A stretch of DNA of 64,000 bases from Xylanimonas sp. McL0601 (GTDB lineage: Bacteria; Actinomycetota; Actinomycetes; Actinomycetales; Cellulomonadaceae). Below are positions 9,047 to 18,304 of the stretch, in pieces. Every line of letters starts with the position of its first letter. Position 1 is the stretch's first letter. The notes under the pieces were generated by a model, which saw only the letters and a program-made list of their open reading frames with translations, searched no databases and had not been told where the DNA came from. Position numbers and translations under genes: made by a program. The stretch lies in assembly GCF_049852175.1 (NCBI RefSeq), contig NZ_CP187527.1:181104-245103 (forward strand), given 5' to 3'.

Positions 9047-9949
9047 ATGACCCACGCTGTCGCTCTGACCGGTTTCGGCAATCCTGAGGTGCTGCGGCCC
9101 ATAGACGTCGCGGTGCCGGATCCAGGTCCAGGCCAGATCCGTGTGGCCCTGCGACTCGCCGGCGTCGGCCCGACCGACCTGGCGCTGCGGTCCGGGAGGC
9201 TCAAGGCCTTCGGCGTCCAGGAGGGCACGTTGCTCGGGTTCGAGGGCGCGGGCACCGTCGAGTCCGTCGGGGCCGGCATCGACGACGTCGCGCCCGGAGA
9301 CGAGGTGGCGGTCTTCCTGCCCGGCGTCGGCGGTTATGCGGAGCTCGCCATCGCCGAGTTCTGGGTCCGCAAGCCCGCCACCGTCTCCTGGGAGGACGCT
9401 GCCGCACTGCCCGCGTCCGGCGAAGCCGCCGTCAGGGTCCTCGACCAGGTCTCGGTGGCCGACGGTGACACCCTGCTGGTGCTTGGCGCAGCGGGTTCGG
9501 TCGGCACCATCGTGACGCAGCTCGCCATCGCCCGCGGTGCGACCGTGATCGCTGCTGTACGACCGGCGGACTTCGAGACCGTGAAGGGCTTCGGTGCGGT
9601 TCCGGTGGCCTACGGAACGGACCTCGTGGCGAACGTGCGCGCCCGTGCTACGCACGTCGATGCGGTGGTCGACGCCGGAACCCACTCAGATCTCGGGGCT
9701 GCGGTCACTCTGACTGGCGGCCCTGAGCGTGTCGTCACCCTGACCGGCTCGAGCGGAGCTGCGCTCGGCGTGCGGTTGTCCGGCCCGGAGCCGGACGGAA
9801 TCTTCGACGCCCTGTCTGAAGCGATGAGCCGTCTTGCCGACGGACGCCTGGTCCTCCGGTCACGGACCGTGATCCCTCTCGACGCAGCGGCCGAAGCGCA
9901 CAGGCGGCTCGAAGCGGGCGAACGGTCGAAGTTCCTGCTCGTTCCCTGA
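9047..9949 (+). CDS. zinc-binding alcohol dehydrogenase / NADPH:quinone oxidoreductase (MDR family)
   Basis: MTHAVALTGFGNPEVL..., GxGxxG-like LVLGAAGSVGTIVTQLA. ATG 9047 with GAAAGAAGG RBS. Confidence 0.7.
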   Translation: MTHAVALTGFGNPEVLRPIDVAVPDPGPGQIRVALRLAGVGPTDLALRSGRLKAFGVQEGTLLGFEGAGTVESVGAGIDDVAPGDEVAVFLPGVGGYAELAIAEFWVRKPATVSWEDAAALPASGEAAVRVLDQVSVADGDTLLVLGAAGSVGTIVTQLAIARGATVIAAVRPADFETVKGFGAVPVAYGTDLVANVRARATHVDAVVDAGTHSDLGAAVTLTGGPERVVTLTGSSGAALGVRLSGPEPDGIFDALSEAMSRLADGRLVLRSRTVIPLDAAAEAHRRLEAGERSKFLLVP

Positions 9950-10092
9950 CGCTCGCCGCTGATCCGCCCGGGGGTTTCGTCGTCCTCCGGGGCGGCCCCG
10001 GGCTGCTGGGCCCGGTCAGATGTCCACGGCTCCGGCGCTCTGGCGCTGAGCCAGGCGGAATAAAACCCGCGGACGGTGACGCTTGGCCCGGC

Positions 10093-10503
10093 ATGAGCGA
10101 CTGGAACGCCGACATCATCGAGGAGTTCCGCGCGAACGAGGGCCGAGTGGGCGGCCCTTTCGAGGGCGCGAACATGATTCTGATCAGCACGGTCGGGGCG
10201 CGGACCGGAGCCGTCCGCACCACCCCGGTGGTCTACTTCCCGCAGGAGGACGGTTCGATGCTGATCGTCGCATCCAAGGGCGGCGCACCGACCAACCCGG
10301 ACTGGTACCACAACGTGCGCGCGAACCCGGTGTTCGAGGTGGAGGTCGGCGCCCGGCGCTTCGCGGTGGAGGCGGCCGTACTCACGCCGGAGGAGCGTGC
10401 CGTGGCGTGGCCACGCATCGTCGAGGCCGCGCCCGGGTTCGGCGACTACCAGAGGAAGACCGACCGCATCATCCCGGTCGTCCGGCTCACACCCAAGGAC
10501 TGA
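10093..10503 (+). CDS. deazaflavin (F420H2)-dependent nitroreductase family protein (DUF385/Ddn-like)
   Basis: 136-aa protein with NADIIEEFRANEGRVGGPFEG, GARTG, PDWYHNVRANP motifs characteristic of the family. Confidence 0.7.
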   Translation: MSDWNADIIEEFRANEGRVGGPFEGANMILISTVGARTGAVRTTPVVYFPQEDGSMLIVASKGGAPTNPDWYHNVRANPVFEVEVGARRFAVEAAVLTPEERAVAWPRIVEAAPGFGDYQRKTDRIIPVVRLTPKD

Positions 10504-10782
10504 CGCTGCGCCCGCGCCGCAGGCCCACAACGGACGGCGCCACGCCACCCCTATAGGTGCCGCAGCACCACCCCGGAACGCAGAAGGTCCCGGCCAGCAG
10601 CGCACCTCTGCGCCATCGTCGCCGTCGACCTCGACCTCGATGACGGGCAGCCGCCGCGGCCGTCGCTGCTCCGGAGCGAGATGCGAGAGTCGAGATTTCG
10701 GCATCTCCTATGACAGTTCGCTGAGCGATGGTGCATGGCGGCAGCCGGCCGCGCGGATATCACCCCATAGGAGGCACTCCCC

Positions 10783-12366
10783 GTGTCAAAGCGCATCCCC
10801 ACCCTCGCTGTCGCCGCAGCCCTCGCCGTCGCGAGCGCGATGGTCCCCGCGGGCGCGGCCCTCGGTCATCCAGGAGGATCACATTCCGGCGACCATCCCT
10901 CGACGATCCCCGGTGGGTTCAAGCACCTCGTCGTGATCTACGAGGAGAACCACTCGTTCGACAACGTCTACGGACGGTGGGGTTCGGTCGCCGGCGACGC
11001 CGTCAACGGCGCCCGCAGCGTGCCGCAGGTCACGCAAGACGGTACGCCGTACAAGTGCCTGCCCCAGGTAGACGTGAACCTCGCGACGCCGCCGCTGACG
11101 TCGGTGTGCGAGGACGCCGTGCACGGCATCGCGGCCAGCCACTTCCCCAACCACACGTTCACGATCGACGACTACATCGCTCCGAGCGATACGACCTGCC
11201 CGCCGGCCGTCCCGGGCACGCCCTACCAGCCGAACGGATGGCTGAAGGGCACCGGCGCGCCCGGCGGCTGCACACGAGACCTCGTCCACCGCTTCTACCA
11301 GGAGCAGTACCAGCTCGACGGCGGCCGCATGGACCGGTATACGACCGGGTCAGACGCGGTCGGACTCACCCAAGGCCAGTACGACACGACGAAGCTCCCG
11401 ATCTACCGGTACCTCCACAGCGTCGGTGCGCCGCACTACGTGATCGCCGACGACTTCTTCCAGGCGGCGTTCGGTGGCTCGTTCCTCAACCATCAGTGGC
11501 TCATCGCCGCGCGGACGCCCCTTGACACGTCCGCGACGGTCGCCAACTCGGTGCTCGACGGCAGCGGGATGCCGACCAGCTACCCGCAGTACACGGCGAC
11601 CGGGGCGGTGAAGGACACTCAGTGGACGGTGGCATGCCCGAGTGCGGGCAACGACTACGCCGCCGCTTGCGGGAACTTCGCCGTGAACACGATCCAGCCG
11701 GAGTCGGCTCCGCATAGCGGCGGCGCGCAGCTCCCGCTCATCGACGACCGCGTCTACCCCAACATCGGCGACCGGATGTCGGCGGCCGGGATCTCGTGGA
11801 ACTGGTACGCGGGTGGCTGGGACGATGCGGAGGCCGGGCACCCCGGCGTCAACTTCCAGTACCACCACCAGCCGTTCAACTACTTCGCCGCCTATGCACC
11901 CGGGCGGCCGGGCCGCAGCCACCTGAAGGACGAGAAGGACTTCATCGCAGCGGCAAAGAACGGGTCGCTGCCCACGGTCAGCTTCGTGAAACCGTACGGC
12001 GACGAGAACGAGCACCCCGGCTACGCCAGCGAGCCGGACGGCAGCGACCATCTGGTTGACCTGCTGAGGACGATCACGAACGGTCCTGACGGCAAGAGCA
12101 CCCTCGTCGTGGTCACCTACGACGAGTTCGGCGGTCAGGCAGACCACGTCGCACCGCCCGTGGTGGACAAGTGGGGTCCTGGCACCCGCATCCCGGCCCT
12201 GCTCGTGAGCAAGAAGTTCGAGTCCTCCGGGGTCGACCACACGCGATACGACACCACGTCGATCGTGGCCACGATCGAGAAGGCGTTCCACCTCCATCCG
12301 CTCGGCACGCGCGACGCCTCGGTGAACCCGCTGTTCGCCGGCATCCGCATCGGCACGGACGGCTGA
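10783..12366 (+). CDS. secreted phosphoesterase-family protein (phospholipase C / AcpA-like)
   Basis: Signal peptide, HLVVIYEENHSFDNVYG N-terminal catalytic motif and TYDEFGGQADHV C-terminal motif. Confidence 0.75.
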   Translation: MSKRIPTLAVAAALAVASAMVPAGAALGHPGGSHSGDHPSTIPGGFKHLVVIYEENHSFDNVYGRWGSVAGDAVNGARSVPQVTQDGTPYKCLPQVDVNLATPPLTSVCEDAVHGIAASHFPNHTFTIDDYIAPSDTTCPPAVPGTPYQPNGWLKGTGAPGGCTRDLVHRFYQEQYQLDGGRMDRYTTGSDAVGLTQGQYDTTKLPIYRYLHSVGAPHYVIADDFFQAAFGGSFLNHQWLIAARTPLDTSATVANSVLDGSGMPTSYPQYTATGAVKDTQWTVACPSAGNDYAAACGNFAVNTIQPESAPHSGGAQLPLIDDRVYPNIGDRMSAAGISWNWYAGGWDDAEAGHPGVNFQYHHQPFNYFAAYAPGRPGRSHLKDEKDFIAAAKNGSLPTVSFVKPYGDENEHPGYASEPDGSDHLVDLLRTITNGPDGKSTLVVVTYDEFGGQADHVAPPVVDKWGPGTRIPALLVSKKFESSGVDHTRYDTTSIVATIEKAFHLHPLGTRDASVNPLFAGIRIGTDG

Positions 12367-12477
12367 GACCCGATCGGGTAATGAGGCGGATGCCGCGATC
12401 CAGCGGGTCGCGGCGTCCGCTTGTCTGCACCACTGCCATCAGGACTCCTCGCCGAATGCGACGAGACCTCACCCTCG

Positions 12478-13830
12478 TGGCGGTACCCAGGGCCTCGGCG
12501 TTCTTAACCGTTCTGTTATCTGACCAGGGCGAACGCTTGCGCGGGGTCTCGTGCGAGGGCGCGGAGTGCGGCGGCGATGTTGGTGTGGCCGGCGAGGCGC
12601 AGGACGCTGATGGCGAGGTTGCGGATGGTGGCGAGCACGGCGGGTAGATGGCCGGTGCGGGCCTGGTGGCGGTCTTCGTCGAAGGTGACGTCGCGGACCC
12701 AGTGCAGGCGGTTCTCGATACCCCAGTGCCCGCGGATCGCGTCGGCGAGCTCGGCTGCGGTGGTCTGGTCGTAGTCCAGGGAGGTGATCAGGTGCACGGT
12801 CTCGACTCGCCAGCGCCCGCCCTTCTTCACGCGGCGGATCAGGCGCAGCGCCTGCTTCGCGCCGGGGAAGTCGATCGGGGTGTGCGGGATCACGGCGCGC
12901 AGGATACGGGTCTCGAGGCGGCCGTGGCCCTTGCCGCGGGTGACGTCGATGTCCGGCACGTGCGGCCAGGGCAGCGCCTTCAGGGTTGCGAGCAGGGTGG
13001 GCTGGTTGCCCTTGACGGTCATGACGTAGTGGCCCCCGCGGCCGGTCAGCCAGGCGGCGTGGGCGCGCTGGGTGTGCAGCGCGTCGGCGGTCACGAGCAC
13101 GCCGGCGAGGTCGAAGCGGTCCAGCAGCCGCGGGATCGCGCCGATCTCCGAGTCGGCGCCGCCGTCCTTGCCCGCTACCTGCACCTGCCCAATGACCGTG
13201 CCGGTGGCGTGGTCCAGAGCGGCGACCACGTGGGCCTGACGGGTCTTGCCGCCGGTGCGGGTGCGGGCGCCGCGGATCGTCTTGCCGTCCACCGCGAGCA
13301 CTCGCCGAGCACCAGGGGCAGGCACGTGCCGGGTGGCGAGCCAGGCACCGACGACCTGGTCGAGGACGCCTGGCTCCACGCGGCCCAGCAGCCGGCGCAC
13401 CGTCGTCTCCGACGGGCGACGCGAACCGGTCAGCCCCGCATCGTGAACCACCCGCGCGGGCGCGGCGGCGAGCCACTCGCTGATCTCGGTCAACGTCTTG
13501 GCCCCGGCCAGGACCGCGCAGACCGTCAGCGTGAGCACGCCGGCCAGCGGGTAACGGCGGCCCTCGCGGCGACGAGGATCCACCACAGCGCCGAGCGCAG
13601 CGGCCAGCCCGGGCGGAACCTGATCACCAGCCGGGACCTCGTGGCCAGCCGGCACAGCAATGGGCAAGGATGAGGGCACGGACGCGGCACCAGCTTCCGG
13701 ATGTCGATCGGTGTAGGAACCTCGATCATCCCGCAGGTGCCGCGTTCGCCTGCATCTACACCACTACGCCCGATCTGTCACGGGTTATGCCCACCATCCG
13801 AGAACGCCGGAGCCCTGTGGCGGTACCAGT
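12478..13830 (-). mobile_element. ISAs1-family insertion sequence with imperfect terminal inverted repeats
   Basis: Left end GGTACCCAGGGCCTCGGCGTTCT (12482..12504) matches the reverse complement of the right end (13803..13828, GGTACCGCCACAGGGCTCCGGCGTTCT). Contains a single transposase ORF. Confidence 0.65.
12516..13679 (-). CDS. ISAs1-family (H-repeat-associated, DDE) transposase
   Basis: 387 aa; LAGVLTLTVCAVLAGAKTLTEISEW, VDGKTIRGA, HWGIENRLHWVRDVTFDEDR motifs typical of ISAs1 transposases. Confidence 0.7.
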   Translation of the reverse strand: MPSSLPIAVPAGHEVPAGDQVPPGLAAALGAVVDPRRREGRRYPLAGVLTLTVCAVLAGAKTLTEISEWLAAAPARVVHDAGLTGSRRPSETTVRRLLGRVEPGVLDQVVGAWLATRHVPAPGARRVLAVDGKTIRGARTRTGGKTRQAHVVAALDHATGTVIGQVQVAGKDGGADSEIGAIPRLLDRFDLAGVLVTADALHTQRAHAAWLTGRGGHYVMTVKGNQPTLLATLKALPWPHVPDIDVTRGKGHGRLETRILRAVIPHTPIDFPGAKQALRLIRRVKKGGRWRVETVHLITSLDYDQTTAAELADAIRGHWGIENRLHWVRDVTFDEDRHQARTGHLPAVLATIRNLAISVLRLAGHTNIAAALRALARDPAQAFALVR

Positions 13831-13925
13831 CCCGCCAAACGAGCCGGTGGACCGGGTCGCGATCGCGCTCGCCAGCTACTTCTGACGTCGGCTTTGACAG
13901 GCTCAACCACGGTCTGGGCGGTCCG

Positions 13926-14090
13926 GAAACGACGAGACCCCCGGCCGGATCAACCGGCCGAGGGTTTCGGCAACAGGATCGCTTTCCACTGGAACGTCCC
14001 TCACGTGGGAGGTTTCCGAAAAGCGATGGCCTGCGGCAGCACGAGCGCACCGAAGCGCCCAGGCACAGCCCGAGGACGCCTCCAGGCACA
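13926..14090. repeat. Repeat copy B (composite): left arm as in copy C with hairpin CCCCGGCCGG-ATCAA-CCGGCCGAGGG, CTCACGTG core, right arm as in copy A
   Basis: 13926..14007 is about 85% identical to 15132..15215; 14000..14090 matches the copy A conserved blocks. Confidence 0.6.
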
Positions 14091-14248
14091 CCCGGCGATC
14101 CCGGGCGGGCCACCCGTCACGTCCAGAGGCGTTCGATGGGAGCACATGGATCCGTCGCGAACTCCCGGGCGAGGGGCCACACCCCCGCGACGTCGTCGGG
14201 CCGAGCGCGGCGAACTATGAACCGGAGGGGAGCAGGCACGCGCACTGT

Positions 14249-15127
14249 CTACTCCCTCCGCAGCAGCTCCGCGGTGAGGCGGGTCCGCGTCAGCGGCAGC
14301 GTGGCGAGCGCAACCAGCGCGACGCCCGCGACGACCACACCCACGAGGGTCGCCCAGACCTGCGGCGCGACGATTCCCGTCACCCCCGTCAGATGGGCTA
14401 TGACCTGCACGGACAGCGCCCCGAGCGCGAGGCCTCCGGCGACGAGCGCCGGGAACATGACCTGGATCGTCTGGCCGCGCCGCAGCACGGACCCCGGCAC
14501 GCCGATCATCGCCTGGTGGGCGACGTTGCGTCGGCGTTCGCGTGCCCGGTCGACGGCCGCGAGCGCCACGGTGAGGACGGCGACGGATATCGCGATGGCG
14601 CCGACCCCGTAGACGACGGCGCGCACCTCGTGGAACGCGGTGAGCGCTTTCGCGGTGGGGTCGGTGGCGGTGAGTCCGAGGGCGTGGGCGCGGGCTTCGA
14701 CGGCTTGCAGGGCGGTGGGGCCGCCGTCGGCGACGACGTCGGCGCGCGTGAACGTGGAGAGCCCGCCGGAAACCCGTGCGGCGACGAGTGCCGCGGGCAC
14801 GAAAGCGACGGGGTCGCTCTGCTCGGGTGTTGTCCGGCCGTGCACGGTGATGGGTGTGCTCGACGGCGTGTAGGTGCCGGCGGGCGGGGCGTCGTCGGTC
14901 GATCCCAGGCGGACGTCGAACCGCTGCCCGACTGGCAGCGGCGCCAAGTGGTACGGCGTCGAGAATGCGGCGTCCCACCGGGTGTGGCGGTCGCCGGTGA
15001 CGATCCATGCGGGGGCGTCGTCGTCGCACCCGGCGACGTCGAACCCCTGGACCTGCTCGGTGAGAGCGAAGCTGTCCGGGGAGCGTTGCCGCGCGGTTCT
15101 GACGCGGCTCAGCGGCCCCTTGGACAT
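14249..15127 (-). pseudogene. 5'-truncated FtsX-family ABC permease fragment (C-terminal FtsX domain only)
   Basis: Three C-terminal TM helices and the FtsX-like loop (RNVAHQAMIGVPGSVLRRGQTI). The ORF opens inside repeat C next to tRNA-Leu, with no N-terminal domain and no partner ATPase. Confidence 0.4.
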
Positions 15128-15131
15128 CCCA

Positions 15132-15213
15132 GAAACGACGAAACCCCCGGCCGGATCAACCGGCCGAGGGTTTCGGCAACGGAACCGCCTCCCATTGGGA
15201 AACGTCCCTCACG
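15132..15213. repeat. Repeat copy C: left arm plus CTCACGTG core directly abutting the tRNA-Leu 3' end (doubles as the tRNA terminator hairpin)
   Basis: Identical hairpin CCCCGGCCGGATCAACCGGCCGAGGGTTTCGG as copy B; core CTCACGTG overlaps the tRNA discriminator region. Confidence 0.6.
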
Positions 15214-15297
15214 TGCGCGAGGGGGGAGTTGAACCCCCACGCCCTTTCGGGCACACGGACCTGAACCGTGCGCGTCTGCCTGTTCCGCCACTCGCGC
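15214..15297 (-). tRNA. tRNA-Leu (anticodon CAG)
   Basis: Reverse complement folds as GCGCGAG/CTCGCGC acceptor, D-arm TGGCGGAACAGGCAGACGCGC (E. coli tRNA-Leu-like), anticodon stem-loop CACGG-TTCAGGT-CCGTG, long variable arm, T-arm GGGGGTTCAACTCCCCC; 84 nt, no encoded CCA. Confidence 0.85.
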
Positions 15298-15611
15298 GTG
15301 CCGGAGCACAGTAGCACGGTGACGGGGGCGGTTCCGAATCGCCGTCGGCGACCCCCGAGGCCGTCGTCGCAGAGGGTCCCCACCGCACGTCGGCACCTCG
15401 ATTTCCCCCGACCGTACGCCAGTCGTTCACACGAATACGAGTCATCACCCTGTGCCGCTGCCTACGATCTAGGTAGTCTGCCCGCGGTGTTGCCCGTGCC
15501 CGGCGACCTGCGATGTCGGGCCCGCTCGGGTCCGGACACCGGCGCAGGGACCGGGCACTCCGGCGACAGACGGCACGAGACACGTGCGACGGGCACGCGA
15601 GAGGAGGTGGC

Positions 15612-16325
15612 ATGGGCGTCCTGGACCGCTTCGAGAAAGGCGTCGAGCGCGCGATGAACAACGCGTTCGCCAAGATCGGTCGTAGCGAGGTGAAGCCGGT
15701 CGAGCTGGCGAGCCGCCTGCGCCGTGAGCTCGACGACCGCGCCGCCGTGATGGGCCGCGACCGCACCGTCGCGCCCAACGATTTCACCGTCGAGCTCTCG
15801 CCCGAGGACTTCGCGCAGATCGAGGCCTGGGGTGCGGAGACGCTGGCGGACGAGCTCGCGACCAACCTCACCGAGTACGCCGTGAGCCAGCACTACGCGT
15901 TCGTGGGTCCCGTCAGCGTGTCCTTCGAGGAGCACGAGGACCTGACCGGCGGCCGCTTCCAGGTGCGCTCCGCGTCCGTGCGAGGCGCCGTCGCCCCCGC
16001 GACCACCTCTTCCCCGAGCACGCGCCACCCGCTCATCGACATCGACGGCCAGCGCTACCTGCTCACGGGTCCGGTCACGGTCATCGGCCGTGATGCCGAC
16101 GCCGACATCGTCGTCGACGACCCGGGCGTCTCGCGCCGGCACCTCGAGATCCGTGTGACGCCCGACGGCGTCGTCGCGACGGACCTCGGCTCCACGAACG
16201 GCCTGTACGTCGAGGGGCACCAGGTCCCGGCCGCGACCCTGCTCGACGGCAACACCCTGACCATCGGCCGCACCCGGATCATGTTCTGGTCCGGATCGGC
16301 CGCCACCGAGACCGAGGACTGGTGA
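15612..16325 (+). CDS. fhaA: FHA-domain protein FhaA (DUF3662 N-domain plus C-terminal FHA)
   Basis: MGVLDRFEKGVERAMNNAFAKIG N-terminus, C-terminal FHA (YLLTGPVTVIGRDADADIVVDDPGVSRRHLEI...GSTNGLYVEG). ATG 15612 with GAGGAGG RBS. Confidence 0.8.
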   Translation: MGVLDRFEKGVERAMNNAFAKIGRSEVKPVELASRLRRELDDRAAVMGRDRTVAPNDFTVELSPEDFAQIEAWGAETLADELATNLTEYAVSQHYAFVGPVSVSFEEHEDLTGGRFQVRSASVRGAVAPATTSSPSTRHPLIDIDGQRYLLTGPVTVIGRDADADIVVDDPGVSRRHLEIRVTPDGVVATDLGSTNGLYVEGHQVPAATLLDGNTLTIGRTRIMFWSGSAATETEDW

Positions 16326-16335
16326 TCCGGTCGAC

Positions 16336-16848
16336 ATGAGTGAGCTGACGTTCACCCTGCTGCGGCTGGGTTACCTGGTGCTGCTCTGGGTGTTCGTGCT
16401 CACCGCGATCGGCGTGCTGCGCCGTGACCTGTCGACACGCGCCGCGACGAGCGGGCGGACGGACCGCAAGCGTTCACGTGGCCCGGCAGCGGCCCCGCAC
16501 GGCGCCCGCGCGGGCTCCCCGTCGACCGGCGCGGCCGCCGCGGCGCGCGGCACCGGGACGCCGAACCGTCTCGTCGTGGTCGCGGGCCCGCTGCAGGGCA
16601 CGTCCCTGCCGCTCACGGGCTCGTCGATCCTCATCGGCCGCTCGCCCGGGTCCACGCTGGTGCTCGACGACGACTACTCGTCGAGCCGCCACGCCCGGAT
16701 CTTCCCGCAGGGCGGGCAGTGGTACCTCGAGGACCTCGGCTCCACCAACGGCACGTTTCTGGGCGACCAGCAGGTGACCGGCGTCGTGCTCCTGCCCCCG
16801 GGGGTCGGCGTGCAGATCGGCCGCTCCGTCGTCGAGCTGCAGGGATGA
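16336..16848 (+). CDS. fhaB: membrane-anchored FHA-domain protein FhaB/FipA
   Basis: N-terminal TM helix plus FHA domain (ILIGRSPGSTLVLDDDYSSSRHARI...GSTNGTFL). Confidence 0.8.
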   Translation: MSELTFTLLRLGYLVLLWVFVLTAIGVLRRDLSTRAATSGRTDRKRSRGPAAAPHGARAGSPSTGAAAAARGTGTPNRLVVVAGPLQGTSLPLTGSSILIGRSPGSTLVLDDDYSSSRHARIFPQGGQWYLEDLGSTNGTFLGDQQVTGVVLLPPGVGVQIGRSVVELQG

Positions 16849-16855
16849 CCACCAC

Positions 16856-18304
16856 GTGACCGTCTCACTGCGCTACGCGGCACGTTCCGACGTCGGGCTC
16901 GTCCGCTCCAACAACCAGGACTCCGCCTACGCGGGGCCGAACCTGCTGGTGGTCGCCGACGGCATGGGCGGGCACGCGGGCGGCGACGTCGCCTCGAGCA
17001 TCGCGATCGCGTCGCTGCGGCACCTCGACACCGACTCGCACACCCCCGACGCCGCCCTCGCCGACCTCGAGGCGGCCGTCGAGGACGCGCGCCGGGGCCT
17101 GGTGCGCGCCAGCGCCGCCGAGCCCGACCTGGCCGGCATGGGCACCACCGTGACCGCGCTGCTGCGCACGGGGTCGACGCTGGTCATGGCCCACATGGGC
17201 GACTCGCGCGCCTACCTGCTGCGCGACGGCGCGCTGACGCAGGTCACGGTGGACCACACCTTCGTCCAGCACCTGGTGGACACGGGCCGCATCTCGCCCG
17301 ACGAGGCCGAGCACCACCCGCAGCGCAACGTCGTCATGCGGGTGCTCAGCGACTTCGACCTGGATCTGCACCCCGACATGTCGATCCGTGAGGCCAAGAC
17401 CGGCGACCGCTGGCTGCTGTGCTCCGACGGGCTGTCGGGCTTCGTGCACGTCGACCTTCTCGGCGAGATCCTCGTCGAGGCCGACGACCCCGGCGAGGCT
17501 GCGGACCTGCTGCTGCTCGCCGCGATGCGCGGCGGCAGCACGGACAACATCACCGTGGTGGTCGCCGACGTGATCGACGACTCCAGCCTCGAGACCGCGA
17601 GCGCCGCGGCCGCCCTCGGTGACGACCCGGGCCTGCCTGCCGCGGCCGATGCCGGCGTCGGCGGCATCCAGGTGGTCGGCGCGGCCGCAGGCGGTGCGCC
17701 CATCCCCGGCCTGCCGGGCACGCTGTCCGACGACGGAACCGCGGCGCCGTCGAACGGCGTCGGCCACGGCAACCACGCGCCGGCCACCCTCGCCGAGGGC
17801 ACCGCAGCCCACGACGAGGAGTCCGACGACGACGGGGACGACGCCGACGACTCCGACGCCCGCCCCGCGCCCCGGCAGCACCCGGTCATCACGACGCTCG
17901 TCGCGCTGCTCGTGCTCGCCGGCATCGGCCTGGGCGGCTGGGCGGCATGGGGCTGGACGCAGCGGCAGTACTACGTCGGTGTCTCGGACGACCAGGTCGC
18001 GGTGTTCCGCGGCGTCCCTGCGTCCGCCGGGCCGATCAAGCTGTCGCATGCCGTCGAGCTGACGGGCACGCACGTCAGCGACCTCCCCCCGTTCTTCGTC
18101 GCGCGGCTCGACGGCACCATCCGGGCCTCGTCGCTCGAGGACGCCCGCGCCCGCGCCCAGCGGCTGATCGAGCAGGCGCTGCCCGAACCGGAGCCGACAC
18201 CGACCCCGACGCCGAGGCCGACCCCCAAGCCCACGCCCACGCCCACGCCGAAGGCCTCCGCCCAGGCGGCTGCCACCGCGACGCCCGCGGAGCCGGCCGG
18301 ATGA
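16856..18304 (+). CDS. pstP: PP2C-family Ser/Thr phosphatase
   Basis: VVADGMGGHAGGDVAS, MGTTVTAL, DGLS motifs; C-terminal TM and Pro/Thr-rich extracellular tail. GTG start 16856. Confidence 0.85.
   Translation: MTVSLRYAARSDVGLVRSNNQDSAYAGPNLLVVADGMGGHAGGDVASSIAIASLRHLDTDSHTPDAALADLEAAVEDARRGLVRASAAEPDLAGMGTTVTALLRTGSTLVMAHMGDSRAYLLRDGALTQVTVDHTFVQHLVDTGRISPDEAEHHPQRNVVMRVLSDFDLDLHPDMSIREAKTGDRWLLCSDGLSGFVHVDLLGEILVEADDPGEAADLLLLAAMRGGSTDNITVVVADVIDDSSLETASAAAALGDDPGLPAAADAGVGGIQVVGAAAGGAPIPGLPGTLSDDGTAAPSNGVGHGNHAPATLAEGTAAHDEESDDDGDDADDSDARPAPRQHPVITTLVALLVLAGIGLGGWAAWGWTQRQYYVGVSDDQVAVFRGVPASAGPIKLSHAVELTGTHVSDLPPFFVARLDGTIRASSLEDARARAQRLIEQALPEPEPTPTPTPRPTPKPTPTPTPKASAQAAATATPAEPAG

Noticed and set aside
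8712-15215. Possible CRISPR array among the repeats
   Set aside because: Only three dispersed, non-identical copies 5 kb and 1.2 kb apart; no regularly spaced short direct repeats and no cas genes.
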